DNA of 64,000 bases from assembly GCA_040954595.2 (NCBI GenBank), contig CM082581.2, forward strand, positions 9,651,878 to 9,715,877. Reading direction: 5' to 3'. Source of the stretch: Balanoglossus misakiensis. Taxonomy: Eukaryota > Animalia > Hemichordata. The notes beneath the pieces are model-generated. The model saw only the letters and a list, made by a program, of their open reading frames with translations. It had not been told where the DNA came from and made no database searches. Position numbers and translations under genes: made by a program. Shown here in pieces: positions 45,601-58,564 of the stretch (the first letter of the stretch is position 1; each line of letters opens with the position of its first letter).

Positions 45601-46658
45601 TCTGATAAAAAATCCAGAGACGGCGACACATGCTCAGTTCAATGTTCACGTCAACAGCAGTCAACCGTCAAGTTCTTGTGACACCACTGCACCTGAACCA
45701 TTTAACATGTAGCAATACCTGACCTATATCTGTCTCACGTGTAAGACAGGAAGCAGTCTTACCTCTTTTGACTATATGAGAAAGAAAAAAACTGTTACTA
45801 AGATTTTTAATTTTACCTTGATCGGCTCCTCCTTGGTCTTTGATGAGGCGATCTTGATCTGAAACAACAAGAAATAATTGCTTCAATTCCGTCAATAATC
45901 AAATATAGCAGTTACACTCAGACATAAACACATTTTAAAAGACAGACACCAAGTCACACACACATCTGTGCAACTTGGTTGTGAAACACACATGCACTAC
46001 CTTGATCTACGCCTGCTTCTTGGAGACCGTGACCTGGATCGACTTCGATGACGTTCCCCTCTTCTCCTGCGATCTCTTGTTCTTTCTCTAGATGTTGAAC
46101 GGGAGCGTCTTCTCTCTGTATCAATTAGATGCAACTTATATAAATGTAGAGTTCTTATTTTTTTATTAAGCATAACCATGGGTGTACTGAACCTGTGGTA
46201 CATCCATGGTCATGGCACAATGCAATGTACACTCATAATGTGTCTGCAATGAATGCAATAGATTACTGTTGTGTTAGCTGCAATGACTGGTGGTCAACCT
46301 AGTAGCACCCGCTAAATCATTGCAGCTACTGTTCTGTTTAATGTTTATTCCCTGGAAAAATACACCGAACAGACACAACTGTTCGTTCAAGTTCAAATTG
46401 TAAACGCTGTGGCCCATTGTTGCTGTACGAATGGGTTACGAATGCACAACGTTCTCAACAACAGCCAGGGCCAGGACGGGACTCTATGTGGTTTAACCAA
46501 CGTCACCCGTTGATTTCGACCGGATTAAACATTGCAGGAATATTGTATGATATCAACAGCGTCTTATGAGGAATGATATTCTATTCTAATACTGCAGAGT
46601 AATTATAAAAGTGTATACCTCTCTTGGGAGAGCGACTTCGACTCCTGCTCCGCGCCAT
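42663..46658 (-). CDS. SNRNP27: U4/U6.U5 tri-snRNP 27 kDa protein; exons 46658-46619, 46115-46001, 45858-45817, 44577-44554, 43651-43607, 43469-43417, 43207-43128, 42914-42850, 42717-42663
   Basis: N-terminal RS domain. C-terminus [25 protein letters not shown]|[22 protein letters not shown]|[17 protein letters not shown]. All phases are consistent. Confidence 0.95.
43833..43851 (-). promoter_or_regulatory. Candidate CTCF site
   Basis: Minus strand TGACCACTAGAGGGCAGCA closely matches the CTCF core consensus. Motif match only. Confidence 0.55.
44330..44420. mobile_element. Short TIR element, degenerate copy 3, in an SNRNP27 intron
   Basis: The 3' end AGAGGGAAACGGGGGTGAAAGGTTAA and interior CTGTTTTCTA..TTGGAC resemble copy 2. 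Confidence 0.55.
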
Positions 46659-48263
46659 CTTGGATTTCCCGGAAACCGTACTCCCTAGGTCACTCGGAAT
46701 ATGTAGTGTTTGCTGCTATAGTGTTTGCGCTTGTGGGATGAGAGGCGAGAACGTGACGGTTGCTGTTAGAGAAATGTCAAAATAAACACGAAAAGCTTGG
46801 GCATAATTGTTTGCATTCAATCTCGCTTATCCACGCGCTTTCTTTAACAAATTGAATGCTCACCTAAGCGATGAAACCGCATCAATGATCACTTACCGAT
46901 CGTCTAGACATAACATAACTTTAAAACCACTCGGAAAAATACTTGTATTAAGATTATGAGTCGCGATTAGCAAACTAATCTCCAGGGCGATTTTCTAAAT
47001 GAGTAATTCCATCTGGTGTGACTATAATTATTTGACGATTAAAGCTAAAACCCATTTAAATTAAAGATATAGTGCTATCAACACTTTGAAATGTCTTTTG
47101 ATATAGTGTCAAGTCATGCATTTTTATTTTGTTCAAAAATTAAATATTTATGGCATTTTACAATACCTCAAGAAGTAGCATCGATGAAAATCAGAACCTA
47201 TGTGTGAATAAATATCCATTAAAATTAAAGACACCACTTTTGTCAACTTCTAATGACTCTCGCTTCTATTTTACATATCCAAGTCATTGCAGTGTCGGGA
47301 AACCTTGAATTGTGTGTCAGCCTAGAAGTTTAAACAAGAAATCAAACTTTACCACATGCTTCATCATTACCTTCATATTAGGTTTGGCAGCTTTCACAAT
47401 ATAGAAAGTCACACAAATGTTCTGATGACGGATGCGTCCCACCGAGATTCTAATTAACTAATTATACTGTAAATATTTGCATATCCTATATCTTTTATCG
47501 GATAACCCCGCCGGTCGCCTTCCGCAGCCGGAAGCGGAAGTTGACCGACACTGTAATCCCGTGCATTAGAAACTGTCAGTTATCGTTTGTTCACAAATCG
47601 ACGCCGCCAACACGACAGCCCATTCATCAATATACAGAGTCTTCTTCCAACATCACTTGCGAAATACTTCGATACATGCGCGACCCATCTACTGCCTCGT
47701 TATCCCCAGTATCCCACACCCGTGTGTCTTTTGCCATGCTCTGTGTGGAGCACAGCGAAAAGAAACCCACACTAGTCTGGATTCTAGACTAGCCAAGTGT
47801 GTACGTGTTCCCTATTCACGTATCGAATTCCTAAATAAATGCTGACTCACAGACACTGTATTACATATTGGATTCTCAAAGCGATTTGAAGGTCGTATGG
47901 CATTAATTGAACGCCGTGTATATGATGCTCAGCTTGAATTTTCCCCCGTTTCACTTCTGCTTTTATCCATCACTGACATCTTTTGTCAGCCCCATTTTTT
48001 TAAAAATCTTGATGGACACATTGCACAGTTAGGACCATAATCTTGTTTGCATTCTATGTGATATTGGCTTGCACATCTCCCCGTGCTGTCAATCACCACA
48101 TACAGAAACCATAAAACCCCCTCTCCAATCTCCATCATTTAACCATAGTAACCGTGGACTTAGGAAGGGGGATAGATAACCATAGACATGGGGAGTAGGG
48201 GTTGCTCATTTTTTGTCTGAACACCCGACGTCACTTTCGGTCTTTTGGTATCTTGCTTCTAAT

Positions 48264-48380
48264 TAAGCAATAACCCCCGCCGCAGGCGGGTATACGCGAG
48301 ATTCGGGTACAATTCGAGGCATATAGCACGAGTCGTCAGGAGAGTGCTATATGGAGCGAATTGTACCCAAATCGAGTGTA
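48264..48380. repeat. Nested hairpin / fold-back element, probably a non-autonomous DNA transposon remnant
   Basis: A small stem CCCGC-CGCAG-GCGGG is followed by GATTCGGGTACAATTCG..CATATAGCAC pairing with GTGCTATATG..CGAATTGTACCCAAATC. Confidence 0.7.
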
Positions 48381-51300
48381 AATTAGCGCACATTACATGT
48401 TGAACACATTGCGTGCTCATTCAAGGAATAAGTGGCTGGATATTATCAAGCCCGAACTCTATCCCGCTTTTCAGTACAGAAATACATCATAGAATGGATA
48501 AACTTTATACTAAATGAAGAGCTTAAAAACTGGAGAAAAGTTAAATGCGTATGTAGCAGGTGAAAATGAGTAAAACCGTGTAACTATGACATTTGCTCGA
48601 AGACAGAAATTTTGACATAAGCTTTCTTTATTGGCCCCAAAGAAGCCTTCTTTCGAGCCTTTGATTTTGTTCAGTGGGGTTCCATAGATTTGTGGGCATA
48701 ACTGACACGTCAGTGAATGGTTTGCAGCTTTCTGCTATGACGCCAGTGACAACCCAGTGATCTTCACTTGGCCATAGGGATCACGGCGCCTAAGTGGATC
48801 AAGATGAATTCTTGACAGTCGTATAGTCACAGAAAAGCGACAGAAATAGCTCGCCCGGTGAATGCGAGGTGCATCCGAGAAGTACCCGGTAATTAGTTCG
48901 ATACAGACAGTGAAAGAAGATCACGGTATATGGTGTAATCTTCGCTGATAAAGGGGGCTTCTTGAAGATGGTAAAATACGAGTATATGTCAGGGTGCCGA
49001 AAGAAGGTCACTAAGGCGAGCGGTCGATCGCTGTCAGAACTTCCAGCCCTGACGACGATTCCAGACTCGTCCGTTGAGTCATTCACTTGAACTGTACTGT
49101 ATTGAAATCCGTCCATGGAAAACGTCAAATTAAGTACGTTGTAGTATTCTTTGTTTACCAATTTAAACCGGTTTGTTGATGTGACTCTTGAACTTCCTAT
49201 ACACACTTGAGCACAGGATGGAGTTAAGTAATGTCCACGTCAGCGGCGACCTACATGGAAATCAGCGCGCACGTGACGGTCAGACCAAAAATCACAACGT
49301 CACTCTCATAGATGAAATAAATGCCGAATGCTTTTTAGCAAGTGCACTTTTTTTTCAACTGCGTAGTATTTAACTGTGGTGACACATTCCCCCCCCCCCC
49401 ACTCCACTTCTGTGCGCATCATACGCGATTATACCACAACCCACTACTGTCAGGCAGCAAGTAATCTAAACTTAATTGAATTGCTTCCTATTGTTAAAAT
49501 TAAAACAAGAGTGGGGAGGTACATGAGGTACGCGTACGCACAACATTGTCGTGGGAACCAATAGACATATTATTGCAGTCACTGTGTCAGAATGTCTTCA
49601 TAAGCGGGCCAAAGATCACGCCCCGGACATTGAGGACAACCCACTCTTTGCTAATTGAAACCAATATTTTCATATCCTATGTAAACACTCGTCTGGCGCT
49701 CAGAGAGTATGCTTGACCTATAGCTGGAAGTGTGCCCTGGCTGGGGGCCATTTTTGTAAACACAACACGTCCAGAACATGACTTTTCATTGCCGAGTAGT
49801 TTACGGTAAATATTGGTTTCCTGTTCCCCGTCTCCTATTCTCTTGTCCGATTAGCACGGTCCACCGTGTCATCGCATATATTTCAAACGCCTCATGCGTT
49901 GTGTTTAGAGGGAACCAGAATGTGGCCGTATTCCCTCCTGCTGTTAATGGCGGGGGCATAAACCGCTTACGCCGTCCTGTTCTTCTGTTGCCGCCAACAA
50001 ACCCAGCGGAAGATGACACACTGACCATGCGGAGACCGCAGTTCGGCTGACGTCACGTGTGAGATAGCTGCTGTGTGTACTTTTCCCGTGTCGGTTTTCT
50101 TTTCTTTTTTCGAAGCCGATGCAATCTTCTCCACAGATACATTCGCTCAGACCGTCTCCAAGGCAACCTTGGTGTGACGTGCGTGTATACGTGTGCTCCT
50201 CAGATGTGCGCAGTTGTGCACCTGCACCTCATACCAATTTCGCACACGCACCGGAGCTGTCCTTCGACGCAGCAACCCCGACGATAAAGTTCTTCAACAA
50301 TTCGCCGACTTCATGGCAATCTAATCGCGATGGCGGAGAGATTTATGAGGTCTTTTGTCGGTGACGTCCATGCAGTCGATGTATTCGGCGGGAGTTCATC
50401 AATCGGAGATGCAAATACTGTCGTCTGCTGACGACCTCGAGACTTCTCAAGTGGGCCCTGTGTCTTCTCCGTCCGGCCACACATTTGCAGGTGATAAAAG
50501 AAACCGACTCGACGGGAATCCTGGGAAAGCACAAGGCTCCACCACCAGCTCAGAAAGTTCGTGTGGGGTCATTATCTCGCCGCCTCCAAGATTAATTTGA
50601 CCGCAAATGAAATCTTTGTCCTTGCTAATTGTGCACATCGTTTGTGTCTCAGTTTGAACAATCTCCTAACTGAGCTAAAAGTGTATTCATCAACTTGTCA
50701 GAAGAATCAAGAGAAGAGACGCCTTGTCTCTTCGCACAAAAGATTCCTTCACTTGAATCTTGAAATACGACCTTGCAAGATTTTTGCTTTCTTAAAGAAA
50801 TGTAAAAAAAAAATGATATATTGCATGGTGGGTCAAGTCTTGACTTTGTCTTTAGGCCTGAAGTTTATTGAACTCTCCAGGGCCGAAGATTCGTTGAAAC
50901 ATGAATGCGTAATATTTGCGCGCATACTTATCTGACACATGACTTAACTTACACACACACGCACGCACGTATACACACGAAATTGCTTGACAGTGAATGA
51001 AATTCACCCTTTTATGCATTCAGGGAGCGATTCGGTTCCCGAACTCCACAAATTGCTCCGAAGGTTGCACTCAGCTGCGCGACAATCAAACAGCTTGATT
51101 TCTCGCGAAAGTCGGGGCGATTTCTGGCGCTAATGCCGGGACAATAGGCAGCCCAGAAGAAAGATCTAGATGCGGTGCAAGGACGTGAATGGAGAGAGAG
51201 AGAAAAAAAAACGCGACGAGTAATCGAATTGTAGTGTCTACTACGCCATTGTGTGTAGCGGCGTTGCAACGGCAGAATACACATAACCCCGTCTCTGCCC

Positions 51301-54300
51301 GACAAATTGCATTTATTGGGGGAGTTTAGTGCGTTAGCCAGCTAGCCACATAGCCGGAGGCCGTGACTCCAAAGCCGGCATCACGCCGCGAGATCACTGA
51401 CATCACGAGTATTCAGGGAAAGACGCAGATGCGGAACACTACCGACTTTGGTCTGTGCATTACTGATTCCAATACACCATCAAGTAGCTGTGACGTTTTC
51501 TTTTTTTCTGGAAAGATAATCTGCGAACAGAGAGTTTACATTAAATTCTTTGTTCGTGACCGTACCGTCACTAACTCAATTTTGTAGTGACGTAATGAGA
51601 GACAACGCAAACCATTTTCCGCTGATTGTAGTCTTTTGTTGGATATGTCACATTCTATTTATCCATCAGTGATCGCCATATAAACACATGAACGTTTCTT
51701 TGATATTGAATTTCGCTTGTGACATCATTAAATACTACTGGAGAACCTTTTATCGCCAAATATCGGCCGTTGCTCCTCCGACAACGTACGGTTGTTATTC
51801 TTTTGACTTGTGAGAATGCTTTTTTGGAGCTCTGTGAGAGTTAGAAGACAAGACCCCAAAATACGTTTCAGTTTGTTCGGACTTAAACTGATATATGTAA
51901 AATATACACTCTCTCAACAATAACAGCAGGAGAAACATCATTGACGCGATCAGCCAATATTGCGACCAAGGTCAGAGTCATGTACGAATATAATTCGATG
52001 TGATCTGAGTCACACTAGCCTACCCTGGGTCACAGCAAAATTAGCTGACGCATACATCGCCTTCTTCCAAGGGGCGGCATTGCGCAAAAGTGCACCAGAA
52101 CTAAATTTACCCAAATCTAGTCACTTTCGCATATTGCAGAAAATCACATTCTGGCGACGTTTTTCGTCGGATCGACTGCCTACGTCAGAAGAGCAGGAAA
52201 TTTCATCAGCTGCGCTAAAACGGCGAGATGACGACCCGAGTGCTGTGTAAGGCATTCGCAGCCAGGACGATGAACTTCTGAGAAATTGCGTTTATCTAAA
52301 CAAATGATTTGTGTTTTCTCTCGTTGCACAATGCAGATGAGGGCTGCGTGTTGCCGGCATAAAAGCTCAGGTGTCCTACACTGCGATCAGTTTACACACA
52401 CACAACAATGAATCATCAGCAACACGGTCCAAGAAACGAAAAAAAAAAACTGCTTCGCCCTGGGTTCGGCTACTTTCGGAGAGTCATCGTAGGCGAACGC
52501 CGACGAAGTATCATGCTGGGCTAATGGATGGAGTTGTCAATAGACTTGGATATATTTTTTTTCGGGGTTTATGATTCATCGCTCATTACACGAGCGTTCC
52601 TACGTGCAAAGACATTAATTCCATACTTTTATGTGCGTATGTATATATTGTGTGTCTTTATTGGACAAGCAAATTCAATATCCGGTGCCGCGTCTGTGCA
52701 AATACACATGACAAGACAAGTTTCAGCGTAGTCAGTACACTGTAATGTGGGGTGTCAATTCAATTTCCATTGTTAAGAGATTTCACACGTGCACACGAAG
52801 GGGGTGTTTTATATCAATTGGCATTAAATTGCGTGTCATGGGCATAGTTACAGACCATGTTGACACATCAGTAATTAGACAGTATAGATACCGTCTCCGC
52901 GCCAGATAAGATTCCTGGCAAAACGAAGCTAAATTTCGTCGAAAGGGACAATTTTTCATTTTTTTACTAAAAGACTATACTATGACGTTGGAAAAACTTA
53001 AGGTACAAACCAAACTCCAGTCTCCAGTCTTAGAACTTAGGGTACAGTTATGCGGGTCGTACACACATCATGATGCGCGCCACAAACGCTCAGCCTTATA
53101 AGATTTACACGTAAAAATTGTCGGATCTATGCGCAACCTCTTAAAGCTTGGAACCAATGAGTGCGCCCGGCGAAATGATAAACTTCGCTCCCAATTCTTT
53201 CCAAACGACATGACGTCACAATATAGGGCAAGACCTCTGTTCGAGTCAATGGCATAAAACTTGATTCCTGTGTAACGCTATTCTTTGAATTGTATACAAG
53301 GCTCAAGCTCAGTTAGGACCTTAGTAGGCCTAATCATATAAACCGATTCTTAACGGGAACTGAACGTATGTATGTTCGATCCAATCAAACAATTCAGAAA
53401 AAGACAGCGTTTGAAGTAAAAACGGATCATTTATCCGGAATCTGTAGAATACACCCGAAACCTTGAATTTCGACAGTGTATGCATATAAAAAGCACAAGA
53501 AAATCGACGTTTGACATTTTCGATTGAACGGGATCTGTTTGTGGATGATGGCCATGGCCTAGAAATGGCAAACGTTACTGATTTTAAATTCATAACACCG
53601 ATATAAAAGTTTTACACATTTTAAACACGTCATCCTATCAAGACACGAATATAATTTAGTATATCTGTCAGTGAGCCACCCTCACTCGCTCTTAGTCTAT
53701 CAGCGTGGTCGTTATCCCAGCTTGACGCTTCTCTGCTATAGCGAAATTGCTTGTGTAAAAATCAGATTGTCCACGTGTTTGAGACAATATATTATCACTG
53801 ATCGGAATACTACGCTTAGGGCTAACAAGCTATGGGGGGAGACTTCTGAATGCAATGCCTATAGTACCGGACTGTGTCACATTATTCTGAAGTAAAATGA
53901 CCAATTTGGAATGACAGTTATGGAGTCATGTGAAATGAGATACGTGGCCGGCTAAAATTAGCACGCGATAAACTGTGTCAACATTTACAATACATTCAAG
54001 AGACCACAGACGTCCCGACACACGTGAGAGAGAAATGTCACCCCTACGGGAGGGGCATTGCTGCCATCTTGGCGACACCTATTAAATTCTGAATTGACAG
54101 TAATAGGCAAGTGTCAAATCGCGTTCCCATGTCTGTAAATTATTGTAAATGATGTATACAGTTTGATCCCTGATGCCAAAAAAAATAATTTCATAATTGC
54201 TTCCTCTTAATATTACCAGGTCACTTGACTGTCACGCACAGGGATGCCCCCTAAGTGACCAGTGAATGTCAAATTTCGCGAAAGGAGCATTATATTGAAA

Positions 54301-55398
54301 CAAGGTGTGTTGACTAGGTGACTCATCACGTAAATCACTTAACGGTCACTTGGGGATAGTAACGATACAGTCAAAAGAACTCCACCTTTCACAGCGGTTC
54401 AAGTCACTGTCCATGCAGTAGGACCACCGGAAGTTCTCACTGATTAGACTTCCTGTCCTTGTAGGTTCGTCCAACAACTGGAAGAAATGGCTTTTAAAAT
54501 TCGACTATCACATTGATCTTAACATGGCGTACTTTTCTAGAGTGTAGTTGGGGAGAGGGCAGAGGATATTCATTGGGGCGGATAGCACGTACGTAACCAG
54601 TGGAATGCCGTGATGTAACGAGACAGAAATAACTCGGAGATTTCCCAGGACATGCCCCGGCCCGGTCACTAGTGCGGCCAGACCAATATAACATTCTGGC
54701 TTATCACAGAAATATGTGTGTCAGTTTGTCGATCATATTTATCATATTTTGTCAATATACACAGGCGCTATTTTCATCTCTCTGTATCGTGTCGGATCTC
54801 TGCGAAATCCGTCTACGCAGTCGTGGTCCCTTTTTGTGGCACCGGCGACGATTCTTGCGGTTTTAACTATAAAATTCTTCGGCTCGTTTGTACCGGTCAA
54901 TGACGCGAATCCGAAAGCGACACGAATCCGAACTGGACAAAAAGAGGCGCTAGATCAAGACGACATACAACTGAATTTACTTCCTGACCGGCTGGACCGC
55001 GATGCTGGGGACACACACGTTGGGCTTTGAGCTGAATTCCGGCCAGTCGGGGGAACGTCGCTGAATGTCGTCGGTTGTGGCTGTAATGTGATTTTTTACG
55101 AAGGTAATAAATTGTGAAAGAGATTCAATACACAAACGATGTCAATTATAGTATACGACGACGTGGGATGAGTGACTAAATAGATGCTGCCGACGCCTAA
55201 CCTTTCGGTAATGTAAGATGTTTGAGCTTTGACGGAATGAAGTTCCAGTTAATAGTATCAGTTTGAAAAACGCTCGAAGTAGACTTGAATAACTCTTAAA
55301 TTTATCCACCGAGTAGAGGCACTATGCGATTGCCCAAGACGCGTGCCCAGCACGAGTCCCATACCTGTTGCAAGTTCGTAGAAGACGCAACCTCTACG

Positions 55399-55483
55399 TG
55401 ACGTCATTAAGTAATAGTTCCGTCGCAGTTTTCCTCGAGTGTGGGCGTGTCACATGTCAGCGGTGGCACAAAACGTATATAAA
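55399..55483 (+). promoter_or_regulatory. FGF proximal promoter: CRE, GC/KLF box and TATA box
   Basis: TGACGTCA at 55399-55406, GTGGGCGTG at 55441-55449 and TATATAAA at 55476-55483, about 195 bp upstream of the ATG. Confidence 0.7.
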
Positions 55484-55676
55484 CCCGTCCCCTCAGCGTT
55501 TCGGTCACTGTTCACCAGAAGCTAAAGAAGGAATCGCCGACATATCGATACCATCTCCGAAACAGCTGATATCGCCGAGTTTTGTCCGATAGAGATAACA
55601 CAGTTGACAAGGACACCGCCGCTTCCCAACCAAGCAAACACTCTGTAGTGAGGTGGAGAGACTACCCGTTTCAGGC

Positions 55677-58417
55677 ATGGAACTATCGATTGCATACATC
55701 ACCCGCTTGTTCACAGTTTTAGCAGTTTTCATCGGCACATCATCGGCTTATCCCGTCAGCGACTCCACGAGTAAACTTCTAGCAGCGCTGTTTTCCGATG
55801 AGCTTATACGAGAGCCTCGTTCCACGCAAAATTATAAAAAATTGTACTGTTCAACGGGCTTTCATCTGGAGGTTTTGCCCGACGGCTCCATGACAGGAGT
55901 ACGAGGGGACGGGGGAGAATATTGTAAGTATACAGCTAAAGAATTCAGTGAAAACCTCAGATTACTTTTGAGATTATTTTTTTCTGTAAAAACCTACCAT
56001 ATCATGATGTGGTCTCATTAACTCGGGCCTTTATCATGATTGATCAAGTTTAACGACGATTTTGACGGTGTGTGTCGAAAATGGCGGTTTGGCTTAAATA
56101 TTGGCATGCGTTTTTATTGGAATTTCACAAAAGGCAAATGGACAAAAGTGTGGGGAAAGTTGGGCGGGTTATTTTGTGCCCCTTGTTTACGTCCCAAGGT
56201 AACGGCAGAGACATTCACCCCCCTCTCAAACAAATGGAGTTTATTTTCAAACACGGACAATACCGCGTGTTGGCGGCAAGTATCCCAACTATCCCAATTC
56301 AGGAACACCACCAAAAGCCCTGGTGCACCATTTCGTTCAATCGAATCGGTATTTGCAAGTACTGCGGAGAAGGAATGCCGGCCGGGGTGATTCAAACAAA
56401 TTCAAATTGTTTGGAAACTCCGAATCCACTTGACTCCCCGCCGACAGCCGGGGGGAAACCGCCTCGTGGGCAGTCAGACATTGCGACGTTTTGACTTCAA
56501 AGCACTAAGCAATAGCTCATTTATGTAGTAGACTCTTGATATAGCTGCCGGTTTGAAGGAAGATTTTGTTCATTCGTCGAGCCTGCTGATGTCAGTGACA
56601 CTGCTGTCAGATTCTCTGAATGCGTTGCCCTCTCTCATGTTCGTTTCATTCGAGGGCCCGGTGACATTCATGTGCCCCGAACCGTTATGTCAACAGCGGC
56701 TCATGTGTGGAAAGCGACTACACCAATAGACATGTATAAAACGCTCAACAAAACCCGACGTGATGTTGATTTTAATGCTGATATCCTCTTTCTTCTTCTT
56801 CTTCTCCATGAATTTATAGCTATATTCGAGATTGTGTCGCCGCGGCTAGGATGGTTCGCCTTCCGCAGTGTGGCGACGGGACTCTACATAGGCATGGACT
56901 CAAACGGAAACATGTACACTACAGAACTGGTAAGTTATCTGATGAAATTCCAAGTGGTGTCGATGTCAAAATTACGTGTGTTGTCTAAATGCAATTCAAA
57001 CAGTGGAAATTGACTTTCTAGTTACTTGAAGCGCAATTCAAATGAAAAAGATGACGCAAAAGGCTTTCGCTTTCTCCAGTCAAACGGTCAAAGTGTCACT
57101 TTTTACTCGAATATCAAGATTTCAACAAGCTCATTATCGTTGCCTGAGACTTCAACACAAACTCATATACAGCCAGCCAAAAAATGTCTGGCTGGATATG
57201 CTGGGTCGCGAGGGGTCAACTCACCACGGGACAAAAATGCTATCTCAGTGGCAAGCACCGTTTGATGCCATGACTTCGAGAGCATGTAACATAAAATGAT
57301 ATGAATCCGTGATGGGTGTTCCACGTCAAGTTAAATTTTCCATGCATCGAGTCAACGTATACAATTCAGCCAGATCATCACATTCTGTGAAATAAGTCAT
57401 GTATAGTCATGTCAAGTTCAATGATGTCATCTCTACCGGAAATATTCTGTGTGATGACTTTACTCCGCGGTCTGCCATAAACAAATTATTTCCTAATTCA
57501 CTTAAAACATAAACGTAGATGACTGCAATTTCGAGACGCGGACATGGGCAACTGTGAATGTAGAATGTCAAGGACTGTCGCTGGGAGTGTGCCCATAGTA
57601 ACAATCCGTCTAAAAAACGACGGTCGGTAAACACAGAAGCCTTGGAAACGGTGTTCGGGAGAAAGGACCCGTTGTCCTCAGTTAGGTCAGTGGCAGCGTC
57701 GGTCCATTCGGTTACAGTATACAAGAAGTATCGCCTCCGGAGATTTTGGACAATTACAAAAAAATATCGCTCCGTGTTGTCAATGTCAGTATCCGCCTAA
57801 CCTTATAGGCCCCAACAGTGCTCACAAGTGAATTCGCACAATTTAGAACAGGTGTGGAAAAGAGTTCGGGAATAGAGAGGTTCATTGGATTGTTTGATTA
57901 GCCGGAGCAACCGGAGCAGCGCCACCGAGCGAACTACAGAGGGAGAGAGAAGCGCAGGAGTCGACGGATTGTCGTGTAAAAATTGGGTGAAAAATAGCGA
58001 CATCATTGATGGCGTCGGGAAAGATAACAAGATTTCACAATTTAATCACAGCTGCGCCAGTAATAATTAATGTAGCCGCTCTTATTAACCAGTTATTCAT
58101 GGCGATGTTAGTATTAAATTTATGTCTAAATTCCTCCTCTTTTTTTCTCTTTTTTTTTGACTCCACAGACTGGCACATCGGTTGTCACCAACTTTGAACT
58201 GTGTTTCAAGGTCACTAGACTGGATAACCTGTTCATCGCCTTTTCGTCGATGCTGTACCCGCAGGCAGACCCGGCCATTTTCAGGGGAACGGGCGTGTCG
58301 GAGTCGGAGCACCCGCCCCAGTATGCCATGGCCATCGACAAAAATGGCCACGTAAGGACAACCCTCAACTCGAACAAAAGGATGACACATTTTCTGCCGC
58401 GGCCGGTGCGGCAGTAA
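55677..58417 (+). CDS. Secreted fibroblast growth factor (~201 aa), core most similar to FGF9/16/20; exons 55677-55923, 56820-56929, 58169-58417
   Basis: Hydrophobic signal peptide, then KLYCSTGFHLEVLPDGSMTG, FRSVATGLYIGMDSNGNMY, AIDKNG and THFLPRPV. The canonical 3-exon FGF layout has phase 1 and phase 0 introns; exons total 606 nt in frame. Confidence 0.9.
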
Positions 58418-58512
58418 ACGAGATCCCCGAAAGAAAGACAGAAACACCTCAAACATATCTGCGGACTTATGTGGACGAAAGTCTTAAAAAAAGCTCAAGA
58501 GAAGGCTCGGAG

Positions 58513-58564
58513 ACGACAACAACAACAGCAACAAGAACAAGAACAACAACAACAACAACAGCAA
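58513..58564 (+). repeat. Imperfect (CAA/CAG/GAA)n trinucleotide repeat in the FGF 3' UTR
   Basis: CAACAACAACAGCAACAAGAACAAGAACAACAAC... downstream of the stop codon. Confidence 0.85.

Noticed and set aside
48799-55030. Scattered 60-135-aa ORFs upstream of the FGF
   Set aside because: I recognise no domains, transposase or RT motifs, or consistent exon chain. They are treated as chance ORFs, although decayed repeats cannot be excluded.
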